From: Macrostomum lignano
Lineage: Eukaryota
Reading direction: 5' to 3'
DNA: 64,000 nucleotides
Assembly: GCA_002269645.1 (NCBI GenBank)
Contig: NIVC01000052.1
Coordinates: forward strand, 558,001-622,000
Part shown: piece after piece, positions 44,150 to 57,030 of the stretch
Numbering within the stretch: position 1 is the first letter of the stretch
Layout of the letters: each line of letters starts with the position of its first letter
Translations under genes and position numbers: made by a program
Notes under the pieces: model-generated
What the model was told of the DNA's origin: nothing
Database searches by the model: none
What the model saw: the letters and a program-made list of their open reading frames with translations, nothing else

Positions 44150-44480
44150 AGAGGGAGAGGGAGAGGGAGAGGGAGAGGGAGAGGAAGAGGGAGAGGGAGA
44201 GGGAGAGGGAGAGGGAGAGGAAGAGGGAGAGGGAGAGGGAGAGGGAGAGGGAGAGGGAGAGGGAGGGAGAGGAGAGAGAGGGAGAGGAGAGAGAGGGAGA
44301 GAGGGAGAGAAGAGAGAGGGAAGAGAGAGGGAAGAGAGAGAGAGGGAGAGGAGAGAGAGGGAGAGGAGAGAGAGGGAGAGGAGAGAGAGGGAGAGGAGAG
44401 AGGGAGAGGAGAGAGAGGGAGAGGTGAGAGAGGGAGAGGTGAGAGAGGGAGAGGAGAGAGAGGGAGAGGAGAGAGATAAC
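44150..44480. repeat. (GA)-rich microsatellite (GGGAGA/GAGAG)
   Basis: Purine-only tract. Confidence 0.93.
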
Positions 44481-45279
44481 GGGGAAGAGAGGGCGACAAG
44501 AATAGAGAGGTGGAGAGGGAGAGAGTGTGGGCCCCACGCTACAAATCAAGTTAGGAAGCAAAGGCAGCTTCAAAAAGCAAGCATCATATCCCGATTTTGA
44601 AAGCAGAATCAGTGCAGAAAGGCCAGGCAATTCCCGACTCCGTGATAGCGCAAATTTAAACTGTCTGAACCCTGGGGGAACGGACAGCGGAGCTAGATCT
44701 CATTAATAATTCATGAGGTTGCGCATAAGAAAACAACCCAGAGATAGAGACTCCTCTCTGATGTAAAACTCTCTGTGTAGATAACAGAGAGCGAGAGAGA
44801 GAGATGCGCAGACAAAGTCAGTTTCAGATTTTGGGGTGAAGGTGCTGGGCAGCCACGATTGAAGGTGACTGAGAGAGTGAGTTGTCGCATCGCAAGTCTA
44901 GGCTAAGGGTTTGACTACCGCTTTGCGACCCTGCAGCTGACTAGCAAAGTGCGTATTGATTTTTAAATCTTAATGCTTCAAAAAACACAGAGTCATTCGT
45001 TAAAAACAGGGCAATCAAGTGAGATGGCCGACCCTGTATTTGAGCGGAAAATCCCGGATACAAATAGAATTTGAAGCCAAATCCCAGATGAAGCTGCCCC
45101 ATCCTAACCCGAGGGCGAGCTGCTGACAGGATCAATAGGGCAAACTGGCCTGCCCTTGCGCTTTGGGATTTAACTCTGAGAGAAACTTCTGGCTGTAGAT
45201 GGCTGAGAGATTTTCGAACTGGAAAAGTTGAAACTTTATTAGCTGTCTGATTTTCAATTTCATTTCTTAACCATGAGGG

Positions 45280-45570
45280 AGGGAGAGAAAGAGAAGGAGA
45301 GAGGGAAATGGAGAGGGAGAGAGGGAGAGGGGACGGATCAAGAGGGACATTGAGAGAGAGAGGGAGAAGGGGAGAGGAGAGAGAGAGGGAGAGAGAGGGA
45401 GAGAGGGAGAGGGGACGGATCAAGAGGGACATTGAGAGAGAGAGGGAGAAGAAAGAGAGAGAGGTAGAGGAAGAGAGGGAGAGGGGAGGGAAAAAGGGGG
45501 AGAGGGAGAGGGAGAGGGAGAGAGGGAGAGAGGTAGAGAAGGAGACGGATAGAGGGAGAGACAGTAGGAC
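45280..45570. repeat. (GA)-rich low-complexity tract with an internal duplication
   Basis: GGGGACGGATCAAGAGGGACATTGAGAGAG occurs twice. Confidence 0.85.
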
Positions 45571-47479
45571 AGTGGAGAGAAGGCAGCATGCTGTCTCTCC
45601 CTACCCTTAACTGCATCGCTCACTCACAATGTCTCCCACAATTTTCACAGAGCTACAAAAATTTGAGCGGGAGTCCGGAGCGTGCAAAGCCGAGTACACA
45701 GAAATGTCGCTAAGCCTACAGACAGACTTTCCTCTCCCGCCCTCTTCCCGTGTTGTTGACTCGCGACTAAAATTGCGCGCACAGCCACTCTAAATTGAAA
45801 TGTCCGAAATGGCATTTTAATAAAACGGGATGGATTCGAATTATGGGAAACGGGGTGGGGGAGGTGGGAAGCGGAGGCTTCGATGGGAAAAGGCAGCTCA
45901 AGGTCAGCTCAGCTTAGCTGATGATGGATGGGGATGGAACAGAATAAATATTAAGCTAGTTTAATTCGGGATTGATTAAGCAATATTTTAGATTGACAAG
46001 AGGAAGTTAGGCAGCGGCTCGGAGAGATTTGGTCGAGGTCTCAGATATCGCTAGCAGTCATGGGTTGCCCCACTCGTTGAAGCTGTTACTGAGGGAGTGA
46101 AGCAATTAAGTAGTCTTATTTAGATTTGTGCTAACCGCAGCTAACAATGCTTAACCTGCAGTTCTGTTGGTCGTGCTGTCATAACAGAGAGTCGAAAGCT
46201 CACCTTTGCAATGATTTCTTGATCGGCAGGTGCCGCAGGTCCGCTGGTTAGCAACAGGCTGCGGACTTATCGTCTCAATTTGAACTCGAATATTTAGGAG
46301 AAAGGAGAGACGCGGGATTCGATAGTAGACGAACTAGAAATTTCATAGGGGGGGGGGGCAAGTAGGGGGCAGCAGGCTGGCTCAGCACGGGTTGGATGAG
46401 GCGGCTCAGCCTCGCAGAAGCTGGGAGATGAAGCTGCAAGGGATGGGGCAGAGAGGAGATGCGGGACCCTCTCGCGCGCGTCTGGCAGCTGGGGGCCTCT
46501 CGCCTTTGTCCGGAGAAAAAACCTGGAGAGGCGGCATTGGAAGGGGCGGGGTGATGAATTTGGGGCAGTGAGGCAGGAGCGGAGCATGGGGGGGGGGAAA
46601 TTGTGAGCGCACGAGCGGGAGAAGAGGGGAAGAGGGAGGGTAAAGGGGAGATTTCTACTCCTCACAGCTCAATCCAATTCTTCCCCCTCTCGTATCCTGG
46701 GCAGATGCGGAATCCCCGCTGCCCAAATCCTTCGCACTTTCTGCCCCCGCTCCCCCGTCTCCCGCAGCCTTGCGCTCAGGAGAGGCGGAAGAGGAGCTGG
46801 GGAGCTCAGAAGAAGGAGCTGGGGACCTGGGCTCAGCTTCTTCTTCCATTGACCACGGCGGGATTTGGCCAGAAAAAAAGAAGGTAAAAAGAGGGAGAGA
46901 AAGCAAAATTAACCAGATTGATTGGTGCTGAAGTACTGAGGCACTGGGAAAGGGTGAAAAGCTACTAAAAGTAGTATGGGAGTAAATGATGATTAATCGA
47001 ATTTTAATATAGTTGAGCCTGTCTAGATCCAAAGCGAATTCATCTTGTGAGATTGCGCTGCCTTTTTTAGGCTGCATTTTTGACATCAAAGAGGATCTGA
47101 CGGCCTCCGGCATTGCTTTGAGCAAGAAAATGGTCAGGCTCCCCTAGGGACGGGCAATTATGGGGAGCGGAAATTGCAGGGCGCGAGGGGCTCAAAGCGG
47201 CTCAAAGCGTGCTCAGCGGCTCTGCAGAGCTCAGAGCAGAGTTCAGAGCCGCTGAAAAGACAGAGAGGGCAATCAGCAACTGCAGGAAAGAGTAAGTCTG
47301 CCTCACTCTGCTGACGGCTAATAATTGTTTTGAAAGTTAAATTGATAAAGTATCCTCTGACTGAGAGGTGCAGCGAGCGCTGGAGATTTCTTTTTTGGAG
47401 ACAGAAAGAGAAATGCGGCAGAGATATTGAAAAGTGAAACAACACCGTGTGCTGATGAATGAGACAATGAATAGCAGGT

Positions 47480-47980
47480 TCAGAGCGGAGTAGACAAGGT
47501 ATAAAGCGGAGTAGAGAAGGTATAAAACGGAGTAGAGTAGGTTCAGAGCGGAGTAGAGAAGGTACAGAGCGGAGTAGAGTAGGTTCAGAGCGGAGTAGAG
47601 TAGGTTCAGAGCGGAGTAGAGAAGGTACAGAGCGGAGTAGAGAAGGTTCACAGCGGGGGTAGAGTAGGTACAGAGCGGAGTAGAGAAGGTACAGAGCGGA
47701 GTAGAGAAGGTACAGAGCGGAGTAGAGAAGGTACAGAGCGGAGTAGAGAAGGTACAGAGCGGAGTAGAGAAGGTACAGAGCGGAGTAGAGAAGGTACAGA
47801 GCGGAGTAGAGAAGGTACAGAGCGGAGTAGAGAAGGTACAGAGCGGAGTAGAGAAGGTACAGAGCGGAGTAGAGAAGTTACAGAGCGGAGTAGAGAAGTT
47901 ACAGAGCGGAGTAGAGAAGGTACAGAGCGGAGTAGAGAAGTTACAGAGCGGAGTAGAGAAGGTACAGAGCGGAGTAGAGA
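47480..47980. repeat. 21-bp minisatellite GAGCGGAGTAGAGAAGGTACA
   Basis: About 23 tandem units. Confidence 0.94.
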
Positions 47981-48769
47981 ATCTCCACAGGACGGAGAAC
48001 CAGCTAGCCAGAGGAGATTCTGGGAGAGGAGATTCACGGCAACACAGCAGTAAACCTTACCTGGATTTGGCGGATATTGGCTTGCCGGGACCAACAGGAG
48101 GGTAAAAGAGGGTGAAATATTGGCGAGAGTAAAATTATATTTGCACCACTTGGGGTCGGGTTGCAGTGAACTGCACTGATACATGTACTGTATCTCTCTC
48201 TCTTCTCCGTTCGCAAACAGGCCGCAGAGACAGCAGCTTTAGTACGCTTGAGTAAGACTTGGAGTCTCTTATCTCTTCCTCACCCTGTCCAATTCTGCGC
48301 ATTCGTACAGTTATAGTCAAACGGCTAATAGCTACAGAGATCCAGTCCTTATGGGGGCCTGCCAAGCGAGCTGTCAAAGCATTTTTGTTAGAAATTTTGG
48401 CCTGAGACTTTTGACAGCTGCTCAACTTGCAGAGACCTAGGCCGACACCATATAAGAATTATGTGGAGTCCATTCGCAGGCCTGTGCAAACCTCTCAAGC
48501 TCAACCTCGGGGCAAGCCTCTGAGCACAATTAGTGCCAATAGAAGCATGCTCACATCGCTACATTTTATGCGGGCGATACGGGCTACAGAAGAGTTTGCA
48601 CACAAAGCAAAGCAAAGCAAACAAGCTAAGCTCGATTTTGCAAAGCATTTTACCTGCTGGACCGTCATGCTCGAATCAGTAGTATTGATTATACGAATAC
48701 TTATAGTGTTGGGAAATTTGGAATGAGAAATGTCATCAACTTATAAACTATTTTACGAGATGGAGGGCG

Positions 48770-49760
48770 ATTCTGCACGGGGTGGAGGGCGATTCTGCGC
48801 GGGGTGGAGGGCGATTCTGCGCGGGGTGGAGGGCGGTTCTGCACGGGGTGGAGGGCGATTCTGCACGGGGTGGAGGGCGATTCTGCGCGGGGTGGAGGGC
48901 GATTCTGCGCGGGGTGGAGGGCGGTTCTGCACGGGGTGGAGGGCGATTCTGCGCGGGGTGGAGGGCGATTCTGCGCGGGGTGGAGGGCGATTCTGCGCGG
49001 GGTGGAGGGCGATTCTGCACGGGGTGGAGGGCGATTCTGCGCGGGGTGGAGGGCGATTCTGCGCGGGGTGGAGGGCGATTCTGCACGGGTTGGAGGGCGA
49101 TTCTGCACGGGTTGGAGGCCGATTCTGCACGGGTTGGAGGGTGATTCTGCACAGGGTGATTTTGCACAGGGTAGAGGGCGATTCTGCGCGGGGTGGAGGG
49201 CGATTCTGCGCGGGGTGGAGGGCGATTCTGCACGGGTTGGAGGGCGATTCTGCATGAGGTGGAGGGTGATTCTTCACGGGGTGGAGGGCGATTCTGCGCG
49301 GGGTGGAGGGCGATTCTGCGCGGGGTGGAGGGCGATTCTGCACGGGTTGGAGGGCGATTCTGCACGGGTTGGAGGCCGATTCTGCACGGGTTGGAGGGTG
49401 ATTCTGCACAGGGTGATTTTGCACAGGGTAGAGGGCGATTCTGCGCGGGGTGGAGGGCGATTCTGCGCGGGGTGGAGGGCGATTCTGCGCGGGGTGGAGG
49501 GCGATTCTGCACGGGTTGGAGGGCGATTCTGCGCGGGGTGGAGGGCGATTCTGCATGAGGTGGAGGGCGATTCTGCATGAGGTGGAGGGCGATTCTGTAT
49601 GAGGTGGAGGGCGATTCTGCACGGGTTGGATGGCAATTCTGCACGGGGTGGAGGGCGATTCTGTATGAGGTGGAGGGCGATTCTGCACGGAATGGATGGC
49701 GATTCTGCACGGGGTGGAGGGCGATTCTGCGCAGGGTAGAGGGTGATTCTGCACGGTGGA
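48770..49760. repeat. 22-bp G-rich minisatellite GGGCGATTCTGC(A/G)CGGGGTGGA
   Basis: Tandem units. A sister array lies at 50775-51582. Confidence 0.94.
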
Positions 49761-50774
49761 GGATAGTCGTGAAAAAATGAAGCACTTTGCAAATGCATTT
49801 TCCAGCTGGCCGTTTCGCTATATGAAGCAGAATATTTAAAGTGTAGAAACTCCTAACTTAGCTCAATATAGCATTAATAATTAGTATATTTATGAGAATA
49901 TGAACATAACAGGTGTGCAAATTAGTACACAAGTGTGCTGATCAACAAAAACCGCTGCGATGAGGCGATTTGAGGGGGGTGGGGCAGACAAAGACTGACA
50001 GGGAAAGCAAAAAATAATAAATATTTATAAATAGAGACACAGTGAAAGCTGAAAAACTGCTGATGGGCCAAGTAAATAGACAGGTAGTTATAATGTATTT
50101 ATATAATAGTCTTAACTATGCAGATAACGGATGCTAAGCAGATAATGTGAAATATAATTGACATAGCAATAATGGCTTAGATATGAAGTAAAACGCAAAC
50201 TGCATCCCCTGTTCTCCGTGATCCGTTAAAGCCGCTATCATAACAAGACCCCCCAGTCTGAAGTCCCACCATGACCAGTGCCCGATTCTAGTCTACTAAT
50301 TAGCAAAAAACACACAGTGCCGAAAGACGGACAGAAAAAAGCGCTGCTCAGGAAAGACCTAAAAGTACTTAATTTTAAAAACAAAACAAACAAACAAAAA
50401 GCAATTATGATAAATTTGAAATAAAATTCCAAGCAAATATCGCTGCCCGTGTTGGTTAACTTTGTTATCCTTCTAACCTACCTATTAGTTTGACTCCAGT
50501 CCAGCAACGGAAAGCAACAGTCAGGGCAGAAGCAATTAGTTTAAAAAAAACACAAGAACAAGAAGAAAAGTGTTGATTGAAAGCATCGGGAAACCGTGAA
50601 AAATCAGAAACGCGCCTGCCGGTTTCAGCATCAGTTACAAAGCTTATGAGGAAAAGCAGCGGTTGCTAACTAAAAATTATATTTACAGCCACTGTTTGAG
50701 TCAAGCAGGACACAGTAAATACATGTGCAAATGTGCCACTCAGGCTGGTGCTCGCGACAGCGGAGCTGAGGCCC

Positions 50775-51582
50775 ATTCTGCACGGGTTTGAGGGCGATTC
50801 TGCACGGGTTGGAGGGCGATTCTGCACGGGTTGGAGGGCGATTCTGCACAGGGTAGAGAGCGATTCTGCACGGGTTGGAGGGCGATTCTGCACAGGGTAG
50901 AGAGCGATTCTGCACGGGTTGGAGGGCGATTCTGCACAGGGTAGAGAGCGATTCTGCACGGGTTTGAGGCCGATTCTGCACAGGGTAGAGAGCGATTCTG
51001 CACGGGTTGGAGGGCGATTCTGCACAGGGTAGAGAGCGATTCTGCACGGGTTGGAGGGCGATTCTGCACAGGGTAGAGAGCGATTCTGCACGGGTTGGAG
51101 GCCGGTTCTGCACGGGTTGGAGGGTGATTCTGCACGGGTTGGAGGGTGATTCTGCACGGGTTGGAGGCCGGTTCTGCACGGGTTGGAGGGTGATTCTGCA
51201 CGGGTTGGAGGGCGATTCTGCACGGGTTGGAGGGCGATTCTGCACAGGGTAGAGAGCGATTCTGCACGGGTTGGAGGACGATTCTGCACAGGGTAGAGAG
51301 CGATTCTGCACGGGTTGAGGGTGATTCTGCACAGGGTAGAGAGCGATTCTGCACGGGTTGAGGGTGATTCTGCACAGGGTAGAGAGCGATTCTGAACGGG
51401 TTGAGGGTGATTCTGCACAGGGTAGAGAGCGATTCTGCACGGGTTGAGGGTGATTCTGCACAGGGTAGAGAGCGATTCTGCACGGGTTGAGGGTGATTCT
51501 GCACAGGGTAGAGAACGATTCTGCACGGGTTGGAGGGCGATTCTGCACAGGGTAGAGAGCGATTCTGCACGGGTTGGAGGGC
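50775..51582. repeat. 22-bp minisatellite of the same family as 48770-49760 (GCGATTCTGCACGGGTTGGAGG / GCGATTCTGCACAGGGTAGAGA)
   Basis: Tandem alternating variants. Confidence 0.94.
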
Positions 51583-52710
51583 AGCTCAGCCCCGGTGACG
51601 CCAGCATAGACAGAGCCGGTCGCTATACACGAAAATCGCATTTAAACGCACAGCGAGCCAAAAAAAGAGAGAAAGATCCGATAAAGAGCCAACAAAATTG
51701 CTGCTTTAAAAAAAACTTGAAACAATTTGTAAAAGTAGACACAAAGGACAACACAATGCAACATCAAAAAAGAACTAGAAGGCAGTATTGGGGTTTGGAG
51801 ACAGGGGTATCATACACAAGAAGAGAGCCACAATTGGGAGAACTGCCAAAAGGGGAGTTATATTCATAAATGTACAGCAATATTCAGCAAAGCATTTTAA
51901 CAATTATCATTGATAAATGAAATAATTCATAGGAAATTTGAAAGGAGCAAATTTACTGAAAGCAATGTGGGACCAAAAAACACACAAAGAAAGAGAAACG
52001 GGCAATTTCAATGAACTTCAGCGGCTACTATAATTACTGCAAATAACCAGCCGAAGCTAAAACTCTCGAAAATAGCAGCCCGACTCGGACTGCCAATAAA
52101 AGTACATTAATGGTGCATAATAAATAGTATACGAACGATAATAAACACGCAGTAGAGAATTGAGTAAATAGTAGCGCTCTAATTTCTACAGAATATTTAC
52201 ACGCCTATGCTGCCTGCCCACTCGCAAAAGCAAATTATGTTGAAGAGAAAGAGAGAGAGAAAGTCCAAAGGTCGCCGCGGACACACTATTAATGAATGAA
52301 TAAATAAATAAATAAACAGAAAAGTAAATAGCAATGCCCGAAGCAATATTAATATTCGGTAGAAATTGCAAACAAGCAGCTTCTTTGCTGGGAAAGGGTC
52401 AGCCTCTATAATGTATGCGCATATACAGATATATAGATATACAATAAACAAGACAGCCGCGTATTACTACTAGAAACAAGAGCGATTAGCAGTAGTATAC
52501 AAATGATTATAATTAATTACACGCTGTTGTGTTTCTTCTATACAATCCTACATAGACAGTGCGTGTTGCTCTGTTTATATAAGGAGATGGGAAAGCGAGA
52601 GACTGGTGGCTGCAAGAAAATCTCCTTCAAGACTGGCGCGCGATGCAGGAAAGACCGGACTTACAGAAAGAGCGGCATGCGGGTGTGGGGCGGCGGTGCA
52701 GGGGCTGCAG

Positions 52711-54171
52711 TCAGTGAGGCTGGCTAGAGAATGCCACATCATCAATATCGATCGAGTTCGCCGAGTCCAGCACGGAGTTCAGCAGGCTCAAGTCTGGCGG
52801 ATCAGTTGAAGCTTCGAGTTCGCTGAGGGTGCCGACCGCGCCGCCAGCTGCGGCTGTTGCAGACGAGCCGGAGGCCGAGTCAACTGCCCGCAGCAGACAG
52901 CGCAGCAGGTCGGGGTCGTCGCCAATTTGATGATTATAATGATGATGCCGCTGCTGATTTGGATGCTGCTGAGAATAATTGGCTTGCAGCCTCTGGCGCT
53001 GACGCAGCTGACAGGCTGCCAGGTGAGCGTCCAGGTGAGCTTTGCGGCTGAACCGGTCGGGGCACAGGTGGCAGGCGTAGGGCCAGCACTGTTGCGGCTG
53101 GTGGGCCGCCAGCTCGTGCCGGCGAAGATCGTTGGCAGAGGTGAGGCCGATGCCGCAGTGCGGGCACTGGTAGGCCCGCTGGTGCACGCGGCGGTGCGCG
53201 TTGCAGCTGTTCTGATAGATGAAGGCCCGGCCGCACAGGCTGCATTGGAACGGCTTGTCAGCCGAGGCCAGCTCTTTGTCGCCGTGGCTGTAGTCCAGGT
53301 GCTTCTCCAGCTCCCATTTCTGGCGGAATGCCGACCGGCAGAAGTCGCAGCTGAACGGCGTCTCACCTGGAGATGGGGGAAATGGCCTATGGATTAGACA
53401 GGTGTTTATTGAGCTAGTCATCATTATATAGGCAGGTGTTTATTGGGCCACTCATATCATATAGACAGGTGTTTATTGGGCCACTCATATCATATAGACA
53501 GGTGTTTATTGGGCCACTCATATCATATAGACAGGTGTTTATTGGGCCACTCATATCATATAGACAGGTGTTTATTGGACAACTCATATCATATAGACAG
53601 GTGTTTATTGGGCCACTCATATCATATAGACAGGTGTTTATTGGGCCACTCATATCATACAGGCAGGTGTTTATTGGGCCACTCATATCATATAGACAGG
53701 TGTTTATTGGACAACTCATGTCATATAGACAGGTGTTTATTGGGCCACTCATATCATATAGACAGGTGTTTATTGGGAAATTCTACGAAGCATCTGTTTA
53801 TGAAGCTAGGGAGTTTTTTCTAGGGAGTTTAAGTCAAATGTAAACGGAATGACTCTTCTAAGAGACGGGGTAACAGGGCGATCTCTGTGAGGCATTGTAG
53901 ACAGAAGCCATAGGAGGCCAGCCACTCACCAGAATGCAGGCGCATGTGCTTCTTCAGAGAAGAATTTGAAGACAGGCATTTGCCGCAGTCGGGGCACACA
54001 ACGCTCTCGGCGCCCATGTGCTTGCGCCGGATGTGACTCTCAAGATTCTGCGACCGACCAAAGGAGGCGCCGCACAGCGGGCAGCGACACTGCTGCTCCT
54101 GGGAGGACGGCACGGCCGAGTTGTTTTCCTCCGTTGTGCGCGTCTGATGATGGCGCTGCTGCAGATAGAAT

Positions 54172-54212
<41 letters not shown>

Positions 54213-54883
54213 ATACTGCAGGTAGCTCTGCCGCTGCATTCGCTGCAATTCAGCCGCCATCTCTTCGTCGTTGGCTACGTCGGCAATAATTTGGCCGCTA
54301 GCTAAGGCGGTGGAGGATTGCCGGTTGCCGGCCGTCGACGCGGCGGATGCTGTCGGCGAGTCCACAGCGGCGCTGCAGACCTCGGTGAGGACGGCGGAGC
54401 AGTCGGAGGATAATGACCCGATTCCCTGCTGCCGATGGTCCTGAAAAGTGCGCGAGGGGAGTGACAAATGCAATCAATGCAGCCATAAACACAATTGACT
54501 TTCTATTAATCGTCAGGCCAAGCCCTTGGGGGTTGGGCCTAATGGGCTGTGAATCGCACAATCCCCCGGCAAGTATCACCAAAAAACAGTTTCCACACCT
54601 GCAGATGGGCCAGCCAAGCGCAAGAGGTGTCGAACGCCAGTCTGCACCGGCCGCAGGCCAGAGCGGCGGGCCCCGGAGCGCTAGGCGTTGACGTGGAGTC
54701 GGAGTCCGAGCAGCTGGACGAGTCGGACGAGCTGGACATGGCCAGCAGGGTCAAGCAGCCGGGCTTGGAGGCGGCCGAACAGTCGGAGCTGCCAAACGGA
54801 TACAGCAGAGGCGGCGGAGGCGGAGGCGGCGGCATCAGGCCTAGGCGTACAATAGGCGGCTCGCAGTCCTCGTCTGTGTCCAT
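52711..54883 (-). CDS. C2H2 zinc-finger transcription factor, 3 exons (54883-54599, 54440-53930, 53366-52711), about 483 aa, 7 fingers, polyP and polyQ tracts
   Basis: Fingers: CGRC..HLQ|DH, CPLC..HIRRKH, CPDC..HMRLH, SG|ETPF linker, CDFC..HLDYSH, CSLC..HRRVH, CPHC..HELAAH, CHLC..HLAAC. GT-AG junctions in phases 0 and 1 give one frame. Confidence 0.9.
53395..53775. repeat. 33-bp minisatellite TCATATCATATAGACAGGTGTTTATTGGGCCAC in zinc-finger intron 2
   Basis: About 11 tandem units without spacers. Confidence 0.94.
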
Positions 54884-56789
54884 TAATTTCTCCCTTTCTG
54901 CGCTTGGATGCCGAGTAAGCAAGACAACTAATCACTCTCCTAAGCGAGGATGAAAGACTTGACAAGACAAATCTGTGTTTCTGTGAAAGACAAATATTCA
55001 AGCTTTAGAATTAGGTTTCTATTCTTTACAGGCGGGGAGTAGGCTGATCAATTGGCTGGTCTCTGTCTTATTTAACCAGCTGCATTCCTGGCCAAGCGGC
55101 TGCTTCAGCTGCGCCATGCATTTTATTTTCAAAGTAGTTGAGCTTTATATACTACTTGCATAGTATAATAGGATAGTTACTACTATTATTACTAACTAGA
55201 CTGGTCTCTCGTGTACATATATGCTAAATAATTAAATCTAGGACAATAAGCACAACTTGAATCCAACACTGGATAGACATTGTTATGGCATTTAATACTA
55301 GAGGTTAGACAAGATATTATGCTTACAAATTTACAAAAACTAGGTCAATCTTTAAGCAAAGTAAAACGATTTGTTAATTCTAAAAAGCCAGGTTTTTTGA
55401 AGAAAAAATTGTTTGATTATACAGACAATAACAAAATCAGTACCATAATTTATCAGATCAATATGATATTGGCATGGCACTTAAAAAAAAGTGCATTTTT
55501 GGTATTTTATAATATTATTTTATTTATAGTATCATTAGGGCTGAAATAAGATTTTAAAAAATATTCTTTGACTATTTTTAATTCAATAATCTCAATTGTC
55601 TAAATAAAGACACCCTACTTGTTGTTGTTGTTAAACAGGGATGGGAAGCCAAATAAAGACACCCTACATAAAAAAGGTCAATTAAAAACATAAAAAGACT
55701 TGTGATTAATTTCAGAAAAATGGCTCAACTGATTTTTTTCAAACTTGCACCATTTGATAAAAAATGTCTATGATGGTACATACATTTTGGCTCAGAAATA
55801 GCTTGGTGCTAAAGGGATTAAATATTCAAAAAACATTGCCTATAACTATAAAAAACCATTAAACTTAAATGGTAAAAATCTTTAATAAATTTTCATACAT
55901 AGGTAGCTAGCTAAATTAATGTCTTGTAGAGCAAAATATTATTTTGGAAAAAAACAATTGGCTCATTCCATATAAGATGGACATATTTGGAAAATAGAAA
56001 AAAGTCAATATTTTTGCTTGCCATTGCCTAATTAGCCTATTTTTTTTACCAAATGTTTATATTGTGCAATATATACAATCTAAGAATAAAGGAATGGTAA
56101 AATGTTGGATTAGTATGTTATCAATTGGCAAAAAGTCATTTTTGTAAAAATTTGGACATTTTTTGAAGCAAAAGACATCATTAAGATTTTGTACCTTTTA
56201 AAAACAAATAGAAAGCTTTTGAAGGTTGAAACAAACTATAGATAAAAGTATAATACTTGCATCATCAGATAAAAGCATTGGTGACCAAATAATCTATTAT
56301 ATTTTTAATGTATTAGTACCTCAAAGTTACTGAATTGACAGAAAAAAATATGTTACGACCATAAGGCTGCCTTTTCTTTTGTATCTTTGTTGCCTTTTGA
56401 GTTTATATATTCTAATAAAAGAGTATGATTTCTAAAGATGTTCTTAGCCAAATTTTAAAAATGTATTGCAAAATATCAAAAAGGAAAAATGTTATAAGAC
56501 TTTTACCTTTTAGTTTCTATATGTCAAAAATCTTGTCGTTACGACCATAAGTGTCATTTAAGGTTTAATAGCATCTATACTAATGATGATATTTATATGA
56601 AACTCTATAAGTCTAAATTGTTTACTTTAGTTATTTAATTATTTAAGAACCTAACATTTAAGTAAAGCTTAAATTAAATCTACATTTTAAACATAAAAAT
56701 CATTTTACAACTTATTGCTTATATCAATTATTTTTTATTAAACTCCCATTAGAAAAAGTTACATTTGTACAGATAGCCATAGATCTAGT

Positions 56790-57030
56790 CTAGGTTTATT
56801 TTTTGTATGCAGTGTGCATATGCACCTTAAATTTTAAAATTGCACCTTGAAATTGAAAAATGGATGCAGTTTAGATGCAGTCTCATAACCTATTTTTTTC
56901 CATTGAAGCCTTATTTACACTACCTTTGAATAAAAAAAGAGAAATTGCACTTTGAGCCTTAAAATTGCACCCTGAAAGTGAGCATAGGGTGCAATTTTGC
57001 ACCTTGTCTCTGGCCAAAAAGAAAACCCTG
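56790..57030. mobile_element. hAT-type MITE, 241 bp (copy 1)
   Basis: 8-bp TSD GATCTAGT (56782-89 / 57031-38). Imperfect 16-bp TIR CTAGGTTTATTTTTTG versus CAGGGTTTTCTTTTTG. Repeated AAATTGCAC subterminal motifs. Confidence 0.65.

Noticed and set aside
44500-52450. PRUNE/DHH-like N-terminal exons for the BCH gene (e.g. TTDSSMTVQQ about 48690, PADQEIIAK about 46215, MEEEAEPRSPAPSS about 46840)
   Set aside because: Some splice-like signals exist, but the resemblances are short, in the wrong order for PRUNE, and could not be joined into one frame. Upstream exons are possible but unsupported.
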